Assembly: GCA_964625225.1 (NCBI GenBank)
Contig: CAZVAR010000004.1
Location: 353-64,352 of the forward strand
Source of the DNA: an uncultured Alphaproteobacteria bacterium
GTDB lineage: Bacteria > Pseudomonadota > Alphaproteobacteria > JAJUGE01
DNA length: 64,000 nucleotides
Direction: 5' to 3'
Positions 52,882 through 62,088 of the stretch are shown here, in pieces. Position numbers and translations under genes: made by a program. The notes below the pieces were generated by a model. The model did not search any database and was not told where the DNA came from. It was given only the letters and a program-made list of their open reading frames with translations. The first letter of the stretch is position 1. Every line of letters begins with the position of its first letter.

Positions 52882-54338
52882 CCGAACCCGCGAATTTCAC
52901 AGGCCTGCTGCGACAGCTTCCGGGCATGCCGGTCCTGGTCGTCGGCGATGTCATGCTCGACCGTTACGTTCACGGCGAGGTCGAGCGCATTTCCCCAGAG
53001 GGGCCGGTCCCGGTGTTCCGCGTCCTGGCGGAGCGGATGATGCTCGGCGGCGCCGGGAACGTCGTCCGCAATCTGGCCGCGCTCGAGGCGGTGCCACGGT
53101 TCGTCAGTGTCGTCGGTGACGATGCGGCGGGCCGCGACCTGCTGGAGCTGATCGCTGCCGAATCGTCCGTCCTGCCGGACATCTTCATCGAAAGCGGGCG
53201 GCAGACCACCATCAAGACACGCTATGTCGCGGCTCATCAGCAGCTGCTCCGCGCCGACCGCGAGACGCTTGCCGCGCCGCCGGACGCGCTGGTCGTCGAG
53301 CTCCGTACAGCAGCAGCCAGGGCACTGCATCGAGCCGGCGCGCTGGTTCTGTCCGATTACGGAAAGGGGGTGCTGACGCCGCCGCTGCTGCAAGACCTGA
53401 TCGTTGCGGCCCGCGAGGCAAAGCGCCCGGTCATCGTCGATCCGAAGGGGCCCGATTACACGCGCTATCGCGGCGCCACGATCATCACCCCGAACCGCCG
53501 CGAGCTCGGAGAAGCCTCGGGGTTGCCCGTCGCGTCCGACGAGCAGATCGTCACGGCGGCCCGACACGTTCGTGAGGTTGCCGAGGTTGAGGCCGTGCTC
53601 GTCACCCGCAGCCAGGAAGGGATGACGCTGGTCACGGCCGACGGCACAATTCATATCCCGGTCGAGGCACGAGAGGTGTTCGATGTCTCGGGCGCGGGCG
53701 ATACGGTGACAGCGGTGCTGGCCCTCGCCCTTGCGGCCGGCGCCGATTTCGCGGCAGCGGCGCGACTGGCCAATCTGGCGGCGGGCATCGTCGTCGGCAA
53801 GGCCGGAACGGCCACCGTACGCCTTGCCGAGCTGGAGGAAGCGTTACGTCGGGTCGATCTGTCGGCCGGCGGCCACAAGCTTGTCGACGCCGACACCGCG
53901 GCGCGGCTTGCCGGGGCGTGGCGGGCCGAAGGGTTACGGGTCGGATTCACCAACGGGTGCTTCGACCTGCTCCATCCCGGTCACGTCTCGCTCCTGTCCC
54001 AGGCGCGCGCGGCCTGCGATCGCCTGATCGTCGGCTTGAACAGTGATGCCTCCACGCGGCGTATCAAAGGGGAGGGGCGCCCCGTACAGGGGGAGACGGC
54101 GCGGGCGGTGGTCCTGTCCTCCCTAGCCTCCGTCGACCTCGTTGTGATTTTCGAGGAGGATACGCCGCTGCGCCTGATCGAGGCTCTGCGGCCGGATGTC
54201 CTGGTCAAGGGGGCCGACTACAGTCTGGACCAGGTTGTGGGTGCCGACTTCGTCCAGGGTTACGGAGGCCGCGTGCTGCTTGCCGATCTCACGGCCGGCT
54301 TCAGCACCACGCGCACCATCCGGAGCATACGCCGATGA
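52878..54338 (+). CDS. hldE: Bifunctional D-glycero-beta-D-manno-heptose-7-phosphate kinase / heptose-1-phosphate adenylyltransferase
   Basis: The 486-aa protein has an N-terminal PfkB-type kinase domain (…VVGDVMLDRYV.G...RISPEGPVPV…, …DVSGAGDTV…). Its C-terminal cytidylyltransferase domain contains GFTNGCFDLLHPGHV. It overlaps the gmhA stop by 4 nt. Confidence 0.9.
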   Translation: MTEPANFTGLLRQLPGMPVLVVGDVMLDRYVHGEVERISPEGPVPVFRVLAERMMLGGAGNVVRNLAALEAVPRFVSVVGDDAAGRDLLELIAAESSVLPDIFIESGRQTTIKTRYVAAHQQLLRADRETLAAPPDALVVELRTAAARALHRAGALVLSDYGKGVLTPPLLQDLIVAAREAKRPVIVDPKGPDYTRYRGATIITPNRRELGEASGLPVASDEQIVTAARHVREVAEVEAVLVTRSQEGMTLVTADGTIHIPVEAREVFDVSGAGDTVTAVLALALAAGADFAAAARLANLAAGIVVGKAGTATVRLAELEEALRRVDLSAGGHKLVDADTAARLAGAWRAEGLRVGFTNGCFDLLHPGHVSLLSQARAACDRLIVGLNSDASTRRIKGEGRPVQGETARAVVLSSLASVDLVVIFEEDTPLRLIEALRPDVLVKGADYSLDQVVGADFVQGYGGRVLLADLTAGFSTTRTIRSIRR

Positions 54339-54560
54339 GCTCCGGAAAGCCCGGGACCGGCCAAGCTCCCGCGCTGGCCCGGGCGCTTCGCGCAGTTGCG
54401 CGGCATGGAGGCGGATGCTCTCGGGGTTACCGGGCGGATCGGCCGATGGGACCGCGATCCGGCCGGAAGGGGAGGCGCCGCCAAGGCGGTCCTGCCCATC
54501 TGCAGAGCACGAAAGTGGCCGCCCGGGGGGCGAGGCGGCTGAATGCGGCGTATTTCGGTC

Positions 54561-55295
54561 TCACGGGAGCGGGGCCGCCGATGGCCCGGAACTGCCCGGG
54601 GAGTCCGTCGGGCCGGCCGCCGGACCCCTCTCCGGATGGTCGAGGGCAGCACGCGCCGCTGCGAACACCGCCGTGAACATCGCCGGGGTGAGCCGGCCGG
54701 TGTTCGTGTTCTGGCGCGAGCAGTGGTAACTGTCGAAAACTGCGAGGCCGTTCGGTAAGGCATGCACGGCGCCATGTCGGAACGGTCGGCGCGACGACCG
54801 CTCGCCGAGGGCTGTGAGTACGCTGTCGTGCGCGATCCGACCGAGTGCCAGGATGACCCGAAGTCGGGGCATCGCCGCGATCTCGCCCGACAGAAATCGC
54901 CGGCAGTTCGCAATCTCGCTCGCGGACGGCTTATTTGCCGGCGGAACGCACCGGACGGCATTAACGATCCGGCAGTCGATCAGGGTCAGTGTATCGTCGG
55001 GACTCGCCCCGTATCGCCCGGTGGCGAATCCGGTCGCCGCCAGCGTCGCATAAAGCAGGTCGCCGGCGGCATCGCCGGTGAACGGCCGCCCGGTGCGGTT
55101 CGCCCCCCTGAGCCCGGGCGCGAGCCCGACGATCAGAAGGCGCGCGTCTGCGGACCCGAAGGAGGGCACCGGGGCATTGTGCCAAGCGGGGTGAAGCGCC
55201 CGTTGCCGCGTGCGGAACTCGACCAGGCGCGGGCAAAGCGGGCAATCCGGGCCGGGTTCGACCGGCCCGGGCACGAGAGAACGCTCGTCGATCAC
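54561..55295 (-). CDS. Uracil-DNA glycosylase superfamily protein (family 5 / UdgB-like motif)
   Basis: The start is GTG. Motif A is GLAPGLRGANRTGRPFTGD, where family 4 would have GEAPG. The Cys cluster CPLCPRL near the N-terminus and a later …HCSRQN… fit the Fe-S UDG families. Confidence 0.75.
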   Translation of the reverse strand: MIDERSLVPGPVEPGPDCPLCPRLVEFRTRQRALHPAWHNAPVPSFGSADARLLIVGLAPGLRGANRTGRPFTGDAAGDLLYATLAATGFATGRYGASPDDTLTLIDCRIVNAVRCVPPANKPSASEIANCRRFLSGEIAAMPRLRVILALGRIAHDSVLTALGERSSRRPFRHGAVHALPNGLAVFDSYHCSRQNTNTGRLTPAMFTAVFAAARAALDHPERGPAAGPTDSPGSSGPSAAPLP

Positions 55296-55909
55296 TCGAT
55301 CTCGGCGAAGTCGTCCTGCGGCTCGCCCTCATAGTGCTGCGGCGCGTAGTTCTGCTGCGGCGCGGCCGCGCGGTTCTGCCCGTGCTCGCGGATGATGATC
55401 GGCATCAGGTGCTGTAGCTCGATGAACTGGTCGGCCTGCCGGCGCAGCTCGTCGGCCACCATTGGTGGGGCGGTCCGGATCGTGCTGATGACGCTGACGC
55501 GGACTCCCTTGCGTTGCAGTGCTTCGACGAGGCGGCGGAAATCGCCGTCACCGGAGAACAAGTAGACATGATCGAGGTGATCGGCCATCTCCATCGCATC
55601 GACAGCGAGCTCGATGTCCATGTTGCCCTTGACCTTGCGTCGGCCGCTCGAGTCCGTGAACTCCTTCGTCGGCTTGGTCACCAGGGTGTAGCCATTGTAG
55701 TCGAGCCAGTCGACCAGCGGCCGTATGGGGGAATATTCCTGGTCTTCCACCAGGGCCGTATAGTAGAAGGCACGCACCAAGCGACCCTGGGTCGAGAAAT
55801 GTTCGAGCAGCCGCTTGTAGTCGATGTCGAACCCAAGCCCGCGTGCTGCAGCGTAAAGGTTGGCGCCGTCGATAAAGAGGGCAATGCGTTCGTACCGATA
55901 GGGGGTCAT
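55292..55909 (-). CDS. NYN-domain (LabA-like) protein, predicted RNase fold
   Basis: The ATG at 55909 gives MTPYRYERIALFIDGANLYAAARGLGFDIDYKRLLEHF....LVRAFYY...........IRPLVDWLDYNGYTLV.K........G..KGNMDIELAVDAMEMA..LDHVYLFSGDGDF..LV..LQ..G. Its stop overlaps the UDG GTG by 4 nt. Confidence 0.8.
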   Translation of the reverse strand: MTPYRYERIALFIDGANLYAAARGLGFDIDYKRLLEHFSTQGRLVRAFYYTALVEDQEYSPIRPLVDWLDYNGYTLVTKPTKEFTDSSGRRKVKGNMDIELAVDAMEMADHLDHVYLFSGDGDFRRLVEALQRKGVRVSVISTIRTAPPMVADELRRQADQFIELQHLMPIIIREHGQNRAAAPQQNYAPQHYEGEPQDDFAEIE

Positions 55910-56036
55910 GAAGCGTTTCCGATCAAATCGAACAAAGAATGGTGGGCGCGGCGTCGGATGGAATGCGAATGCCGGACCCGCAACGATTAGGTAGGTCCCT
56001 CGCCCGGACCCGGCAAGCGGTCGTCGGGGGCACAGG

Positions 56037-56540
56037 ATGATCCTGATCGGCCTGGGCGCCAATCTGCCGACCGCACGCTACGGCGCGCCCCGTGCCACCC
56101 TGTCGGCGGCGCTCGATCGCCTGAGAGATCTGGGCGTCGCGGTGGTACGAACCTCACCCTGGTACGACAGCGCGCCACAGCCGCCGTCCGGCCAGCCGCG
56201 CTACGTCAATGCCGTCGTAGTGGTCGAGACGCGTCTGCGGCCGAGTGCTCTGTTGCAGGTCCTCCATGAGGTCGAGGCGGAGTTCGGCCGCCACCGGACG
56301 GTCCGCAATGCTGCACGCGTGATCGATCTCGATCTGCTCGCGTATCGGGACTGCGTGATCGACACGCCCGGCCTGACCGTGCCTCATCCGCGACTGGCGC
56401 AGCGGGCATTCGTCTTGCTGCCTCTGGCCGATGTGGCGCCCGAATGGCGGCATCCGGTATCCGGCATGTCCGTGACCGACCTGCTGGCCGCGATGCCGCC
56501 GGGGCAGGATGTGCGCCGGATGAGCGATCGGCACGGCTAG
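56037..56540 (+). CDS. folK: 2-amino-4-hydroxy-6-hydroxymethyldihydropteridine diphosphokinase
   Basis: The 167-aa protein reads MILIGLGANL.......P...L..A...L......V...S.WY.S.P.....QP.Y.NAVV.V.T.L.P..LL..L...E..FGR.R.....AR..DLDLL...........L.VPHPRL..RAFVL.PL. Confidence 0.85.
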   Translation: MILIGLGANLPTARYGAPRATLSAALDRLRDLGVAVVRTSPWYDSAPQPPSGQPRYVNAVVVVETRLRPSALLQVLHEVEAEFGRHRTVRNAARVIDLDLLAYRDCVIDTPGLTVPHPRLAQRAFVLLPLADVAPEWRHPVSGMSVTDLLAAMPPGQDVRRMSDRHG

Positions 56541-56634
56541 TCCCGATCGCTCGGTTGCGGCCGCTTTCTTGCGGCACCGAATCGGGTCTTCTATATATGG
56601 TCGACCATAACGGCAATCCGGAGAGCGGCCGCTC

Positions 56635-57057
56635 ATGGCGCGAGTAACGGTAGAGGATTGTGTCCTCAGGGTCCCGAATCGGTTCGAACTCGTCGCGCTG
56701 GCAGCGCAGCGCGCGCGGGACATTTCGGCAGGCAGCCCACTGACGGTGGACCGCGATCGCGACAAGAACCCGGTCGTGGCCCTGCGCGAGATTGCCGAGG
56801 GGACGATCAGCGTCGACGAGCTTCGCGAGGCCCTGGTGCAAAGCCTGCAGAAGCATGTCGAGACCGAGCAGCCGGAAGAGGAAGGCGAGACGTTCGAACT
56901 CGAGACCTTCGTTCCCGAGCTGGTCGGCGTCGGCGAGACCGAAGCCAGTGCTTCGGACGAGGCGGAGGAAACCGGGGAGGATGATCTCGATCTCGAGTCG
57001 CTCGCCCGGGAACTCGCGGCCGAGGCAGACGAATTCAAGGGGCGCGACGACGAGTAA
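56635..57057 (+). CDS. rpoZ: DNA-directed RNA polymerase subunit omega (with acidic C-terminal extension)
   Basis: The protein begins [56 protein letters not shown]. It sits directly upstream of spoT, as in many proteobacteria. Confidence 0.92.
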   Translation: MARVTVEDCVLRVPNRFELVALAAQRARDISAGSPLTVDRDRDKNPVVALREIAEGTISVDELREALVQSLQKHVETEQPEEEGETFELETFVPELVGVGETEASASDEAEETGEDDLDLESLARELAAEADEFKGRDDE

Positions 57058-57124
57058 TTTTCGGGCGAGGGGCGCAGCCACACCGCGTGAGCCGCTCGCC
57101 GGCGCGTGAGGATGTCGGGGCGGT

Positions 57125-59272
57125 ATGATCAGGCAGTTCGAGCTGGTCGAGCGAGTCAGGTCGTACGACCCGAATGCGGATGAGGATGCGCTGAACCGTG
57201 CCTACGTCTTCGCCATGAAGGCGCATGGAGCGCAGACGCGCGCGTCCGGTGACCCCTATTTCTCGCATCCGCTCGAGGTCGCGGGTCTGCTGACCGAGAT
57301 GCGGCTCGACAGTGCGTCGATCATCACCGCCCTGCTGCACGACACGGTCGAGGATACGCGCACCACACTGCCCGAAATCGAGCGGATGTTCGGAGGCGAG
57401 ATCGCACGGCTGGTCGACGGTGTGACCAAGCTGTCGCGCATCGAGCTGCAGTCGGACCGCACGAAGCAGGCGGAGAATTTCCGCAAACTCGTCCTCGCAA
57501 TGTCCGAGGACATTCGGGTCCTGCTGGTGAAGCTCGCGGACCGGCTGCACAACATGCGGACGCTTCACTTCATCAAGGATCCGTCGAAGCGGCGCCGCAT
57601 AGCGCTCGAAACGATGGAGATCTACGCGCCGCTCGCCGAGCGGATAGGGATGCAGGAGTGGAAGGACGAGCTCGAGGACCTCGCCTTCGCCGAATTGCAT
57701 CCCGACGCGCGGGACTCGATCCTGAAGCGTCTGGAGATGCTCCGTGAGCGGGGCCATGACATGGTTGACCGCATCATCGCGGAGCTCTCGGATAAGCTGA
57801 AGCAGGGCAGTGTCGTCGCTACGGTTTCCGGCCGCGAGAAGCGCCCGCGCTCCATCTGGCTCAAGATGCAGCGCAAGAACGTGGCGTTCGAGCAGCTTGC
57901 GGACATCATGGCGTTCCGCGTCATCGTCGACTCGGTCGAGCAGTGCTATCAGGCGCTTGGGGTGATCCACGGCGCCTATCCGGTCGTGCCCGGGCGGTTC
58001 AAGGACTATATCAGCACCCCCAAGCCGAACGGCTATCGCTCTCTCCACACGGGCGTGATCGGACCGGAGCGGCAGCGCATCGAGATTCAGATCCGCACGT
58101 GGGAGATGCACGAGTTGGCCGAACTCGGCGTCGCCGCGCACTGGAAATACAAGCAGAACGATCCCAAGGTCGACGGGCGGCAGTACCGCTGGCTCCGTGA
58201 GCTGCTCGACATTCTCGAGCACGCGGCGGGCCCGGAGGAGTTCCTCGAGCACACGAAGCTCGAGATGTTCCTCGACCAGGTCTTCTGCTTCACGCCGAAG
58301 GGCGACCTGATTGCGCTGCCGGCCGGTGCCACTCCGGTCGACTTCGCCTACGCCGTCCACTCGGAGATCGGGGATCACTGCGCGAGTGCCAAGATCAACG
58401 GCCGCTTGATGCCGCTGCGGACCCAGCTCCAGAACGGCGATCAGGTCGAGATCATCACGGCGCGTTCGAAAACGCCGTCCCCGGAATGGGAGCGGTTCGT
58501 CGTCACCGGCAAGGCGAAGGCGCGCATCCGGCGGATGATCCGCGCCCAGCAGCGCGACCAGTATATCGATTTGGGCAAGGCGATTCTGGCACGTGCCTTC
58601 CGGCAGGAAGGAGCGGAGCTGACGGAGAAGCTACTGGATCCGGTGCTCCGGCATTTCGGCCAGAAGAGCATCGAGGACCTTTATGCCGCCGTCGGTGAAG
58701 GCCAGCTAACCGGCCGCGAGGTCGCCGCCGTGGCGCTGCCGCAGCCTGCGCCGCCGACGGCCTCCGACGACAAGGTGGTGCCGATTTCCCGCGCCCGCAG
58801 CGGGCGGCGCGGCAGGGAAGCGCCGGTCCTGATCCGCGGGCTGATCCCCGGAATGGCGATCCACTTCGCGCGCTGCTGTCATCCGATACCGGGGGACCGT
58901 ATCGTCGGGATCGTCACGACCGGCAAGGGCGTCACTATCCATACGCAGGACTGCGATACCCTGGAGAGCTTTGCGCATACGCCGGAGCGGTGGCTCGACG
59001 TCGACTGGGACAATGTCGACTCACCCGATGCGGCGCAAGTCGGCCGTGTCCACCTGGTCGTGGCCAACGAGCCCGGGACCTTGGGCAGCCTGTCCACGGT
59101 GATCGCCCAGAATCAAGGCAACATCACGAATCTGAAGTTCACCAGCCGCAACCAGGATTTCTTCGAAATGCTGATCGACATCGAAGTCGGTAACGTGCGG
59201 CACCTGACCACCATCATCGCGGCCCTGCGGGCGCATCCCGCGATCACGTCCGTCGAGCGTGCCCGTGGTTGA
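57125..59272 (+). CDS. spoT: Bifunctional (p)ppGpp synthetase/hydrolase (RSH, SpoT/Rel type)
   Basis: The HD hydrolase motif is HPLEV...LLHDTVEDT. The synthetase block is ...RVKS..SI..KM......F..L.D..A.R.IV...CY..LG..H. and GYRSLHT. TGS and C-terminal ACT-like regions follow. The protein is 715 aa. Confidence 0.93.
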   Translation: MIRQFELVERVRSYDPNADEDALNRAYVFAMKAHGAQTRASGDPYFSHPLEVAGLLTEMRLDSASIITALLHDTVEDTRTTLPEIERMFGGEIARLVDGVTKLSRIELQSDRTKQAENFRKLVLAMSEDIRVLLVKLADRLHNMRTLHFIKDPSKRRRIALETMEIYAPLAERIGMQEWKDELEDLAFAELHPDARDSILKRLEMLRERGHDMVDRIIAELSDKLKQGSVVATVSGREKRPRSIWLKMQRKNVAFEQLADIMAFRVIVDSVEQCYQALGVIHGAYPVVPGRFKDYISTPKPNGYRSLHTGVIGPERQRIEIQIRTWEMHELAELGVAAHWKYKQNDPKVDGRQYRWLRELLDILEHAAGPEEFLEHTKLEMFLDQVFCFTPKGDLIALPAGATPVDFAYAVHSEIGDHCASAKINGRLMPLRTQLQNGDQVEIITARSKTPSPEWERFVVTGKAKARIRRMIRAQQRDQYIDLGKAILARAFRQEGAELTEKLLDPVLRHFGQKSIEDLYAAVGEGQLTGREVAAVALPQPAPPTASDDKVVPISRARSGRRGREAPVLIRGLIPGMAIHFARCCHPIPGDRIVGIVTTGKGVTIHTQDCDTLESFAHTPERWLDVDWDNVDSPDAAQVGRVHLVVANEPGTLGSLSTVIAQNQGNITNLKFTSRNQDFFEMLIDIEVGNVRHLTTIIAALRAHPAITSVERARG

Positions 59273-59356
59273 GTGTGCGAACCGGCGCGGTTGCGGCGCT
59301 GGTCGCTCGCGGCCTACAACAGCGGCGAGGAATGCCCCTGCGGGAGCGGCCGGTCC

Positions 59357-60100
59357 ATGAAGCATCTGCGTCTCGGCGTCAACATCGACCATGTGGCGAC
59401 CGTGCGAAACGCGCGCGGCGGTGAGCATCCCGACCCGGTGCGTGCCGCGCGCATTGCCGCGGAGGCTGGTGCCGACGGAATCACTGCGCATCTGCGCGAG
59501 GACCGGCGGCATATCCGCGACGCGGATATCGAGCGCCTCATGAACGAGATTGCGCTGCCGTTGAACCTGGAAATGGCGGCGACGGACGAGATGGTCGCGA
59601 TCGCACTCCGGCACCGGCCGCACGCCGCATGCATCGTTCCGGAGCGGCGGCAGGAGATTACGACCGAGGGCGGCCTCGATGTCGTGCGACACCGCGACAG
59701 CCTGGCGCCGATCGTGGCGCGGCTCCGGGACGCCGGCATCCGCGTCTCCATGTTCGTCGAGCCCGATCCGGCGCAACTCGAGGCCGCGAAGGCCATCGAC
59801 GCTCCGGTGGTCGAACTGCATACCGGCGCCTATTGCGAGGCGGCCGGTGAGGCACGTGCTCACCATCTGAAGCGCATCCGTGCGGCCGCGAAGCGGGCGG
59901 ATGAACTCGGGTTGGAATGTCATGCCGGTCACGGACTCTCCTTCGAGACCGTGGGACCGATCGCCGCGATCTCCAACCTCGTCGAGCTCAACATCGGCCA
60001 TTTCCTCATCGGCGAGGCGATTTTCACGGGCCTGAGTGCCGCGATCCGCCGGATGCGCACGGAGATCGACCGGGCTCGCTCCGAAGGAGCGCCCGCATGA
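59357..60100 (+). CDS. pdxJ: Pyridoxine 5'-phosphate synthase
   Basis: The ATG at 59357 gives [55 protein letters not shown]........LNLEMA........A....P...[14 protein letters not shown]. Confidence 0.92.
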   Translation: MKHLRLGVNIDHVATVRNARGGEHPDPVRAARIAAEAGADGITAHLREDRRHIRDADIERLMNEIALPLNLEMAATDEMVAIALRHRPHAACIVPERRQEITTEGGLDVVRHRDSLAPIVARLRDAGIRVSMFVEPDPAQLEAAKAIDAPVVELHTGAYCEAAGEARAHHLKRIRAAAKRADELGLECHAGHGLSFETVGPIAAISNLVELNIGHFLIGEAIFTGLSAAIRRMRTEIDRARSEGAPA

Positions 60101-60507
60101 TTCTGGGTATCGGCAGCGATCTGGTCGATATCCGCCGGATCGAGAACACCCTGCAACGCTTCGGCGAGCGCTTCCTGGACCGGTGCTTTACCGAGGTCGA
60201 GCGGCAGCGTTCGGAACGGCGCGCCGACCGCGTCGCAAGCTATGCCAAGCGGTTCGCGGCGAAGGAGGCATGTTCGAAGGCGCTCGGTACGGGCTTCCGC
60301 CGCGGCGTCTTCTGGCGCGACATGGGGGTCGTCAATCTGCGCGGCGGCAAGCCGACGATGTCGTTGACCGGCGGTGCGGCGTCCCGGCTCGCCGAGATCA
60401 CGCCGCCGGGGCTGACGGCCCGGATCGACGTCAGTCTTACCGACGAACACCCGATCGCGCAGGCGATCGTTATCATATCCGCAGTTCCGACCGCCGACAC
60501 GGGATGA
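60097..60507 (+). CDS. acpS: Holo-[acyl-carrier-protein] synthase
   Basis: The ATG at 60097 overlaps the pdxJ stop (ATGA). The protein reads [35 protein letters not shown]........R....[18 protein letters not shown]. Confidence 0.9.
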   Translation: MILGIGSDLVDIRRIENTLQRFGERFLDRCFTEVERQRSERRADRVASYAKRFAAKEACSKALGTGFRRGVFWRDMGVVNLRGGKPTMSLTGGAASRLAEITPPGLTARIDVSLTDEHPIAQAIVIISAVPTADTG

Positions 60508-60616
60508 ACCGTCCGACTCCGCTCGGGCGTTCCACTCCCTGTCGGCGGGGCTGACGATCGTCAGGCATGCCGGCTTGGTTCGGCGCCTCATATCGATCGT
60601 GAAGCAAAATATCCCG

Positions 60617-61402
60617 ATGGCCTACAAGGATGCGCTGGTGAGCGACGACGGCAAAAGCGGTTGGTGGGAAAGCATCCGGACGATCGTCTACGCCGTCCTG
60701 ATCGCGCTCCTGGTTCGGACCTTCGCCTACGAGCCCTTCAATATTCCCTCGAAGTCGATGCTGCCGACCCTACTGGTCGGGGACTACCTGTTTGTCTCGA
60801 AGTTTTCCTACGGTTATAGCCGCTATTCCATGCCGCTGAGCTTGCCGCTGGTGCCGGGGCGGGTCCTGTTCACCCCGCCTGAGCGCGGCGACGTCGCGGT
60901 GTTCAAGCTGCCGTCCGACAATCGCACCGACTATATCAAGCGCATCATCGGGTTGCCCGGCGACGAAATCCAGATGCGGGAAGGCCGGCTCTACATCAAC
61001 GGCAACTTGGTAGAGCGGAAACGGGTAGCCGATTTCGTCGACAGCAGTGAGGCGGGCATTCCCGTCCGCTATTATCAGTACATCGAGACACTACCGAACG
61101 GACGGCAGCATTTCATTCTGGAACTCGGCGACGATGGCGGTCTCGACAATACGCCCGTCTATCGGGTCCCGCCGGGACATTATTTCGCCATGGGGGACAA
61201 CCGGGACAATTCGCTCGACAGCCGTGTCCTGAACAATCCTCGGACGGGATCGGCCGGGGTGGGCTATATCCCGGCTGAGAACCTGATCGGACGTGCGGAG
61301 TTCCTGTTCTTCTCAATCGAACCCAGCGCCGCCTTCTGGGAGGTGTGGGAATGGCCGACGGCGATCCGGTGGGGGCGGATCTTCAACTCGGTCTCACCAT
61401 GA
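60617..61402 (+). CDS. lepB: Signal peptidase I
   Basis: I prefer the ATG at 60617 to the TTG at 60575. The catalytic Ser box is FNIPSKSMLPTL and the Lys box is YIKRIIGLPGD. It also has GDNRDNSLDSR. There is an N-terminal TM segment. Confidence 0.9.
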   Translation: MAYKDALVSDDGKSGWWESIRTIVYAVLIALLVRTFAYEPFNIPSKSMLPTLLVGDYLFVSKFSYGYSRYSMPLSLPLVPGRVLFTPPERGDVAVFKLPSDNRTDYIKRIIGLPGDEIQMREGRLYINGNLVERKRVADFVDSSEAGIPVRYYQYIETLPNGRQHFILELGDDGGLDNTPVYRVPPGHYFAMGDNRDNSLDSRVLNNPRTGSAGVGYIPAENLIGRAEFLFFSIEPSAAFWEVWEWPTAIRWGRIFNSVSP

Positions 61403-62088
61403 CCGGTGACGAGTTGGAACGTGTCCTCGGGCATCGGTTCGAGGACAGGGCGCTGCTGGAGGCGGCGCTGACCCATCCGAGCGTCGGCCGGCAGAACTCC
61501 GGCCGATACCATTACGAGCGGCTGGAATTCCTGGGCGACCGGGTGCTCGGGCTGGTGATCGCGGAGCTGCTGCTGACCCGCTATCCGACGGAGAACGAAG
61601 GGGCGTTGACCCGCCGCCTGGTCGCGCTGGTACGCCGGGAGGCCGTTCTCGAAGTGGCGCATGCGATCGGTCTCGACCGCTTCCTGCGGGCTTCCGCGGC
61701 GGCATCGGGCGCGTCGCGGCGGGAACGGGAAACGGCGCTTGCCGATGGCTGCGAAGCTCTGATCGGTGCCCTATATCTCGATGGCGGCCTCGAAGCCGCG
61801 GCAAGCTTCATTCGGCGCGCCTGGACGCCACTCCTGGAAGCGGCCGCAGCGCCGGCCCAGGACGCCAAGACCGCGCTCCAGGAATGGGCTCAGGCGCGCG
61901 GCCTTCCGTTACCCGCCTATAAGGTGGTGGTGCGTGAGGGCCCCGCACACCGGCCGGCCTTTACGGTGGAGGCGCGCGTGGCGGGATCTGCGCCCGCGAT
62001 CGGAACGGGTGGATCGAAGCGGGCAGCCGAGCAGATAGCCGCGGCCGCCCTTTTGGAGCGATTGCGGGCCGAACATGATGGCGGCTGA
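61399..62088 (+). CDS. rnc: Ribonuclease III
   Basis: The ATG at 61399 overlaps the lepB stop by 4 nt. The protein reads ...LGHRFEDRALLEAALTHPS.......YERLEFLGDRVLGLVIAELL (RNase III signature ERLEFLGD). It has a C-terminal dsRBD (…DAKTALQEWAQARGLPLPAY…GSKRAAEQIAAAALL). Confidence 0.92.
   Translation: MTGDELERVLGHRFEDRALLEAALTHPSVGRQNSGRYHYERLEFLGDRVLGLVIAELLLTRYPTENEGALTRRLVALVRREAVLEVAHAIGLDRFLRASAAASGASRRERETALADGCEALIGALYLDGGLEAAASFIRRAWTPLLEAAAAPAQDAKTALQEWAQARGLPLPAYKVVVREGPAHRPAFTVEARVAGSAPAIGTGGSKRAAEQIAAAALLERLRAEHDGG

Noticed and set aside
54339-54560. A 222-nt gap between hldE and the convergent UDG gene, with track ORFs 54335-54676(+) and 54260-54961(-).
   Set aside because: Both ORFs are Arg/Gly/Pro-rich shadow frames that overlap the UDG gene, and no structured-RNA motif was recognised. 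I treat the gap as a convergent terminator region without a definable hairpin.
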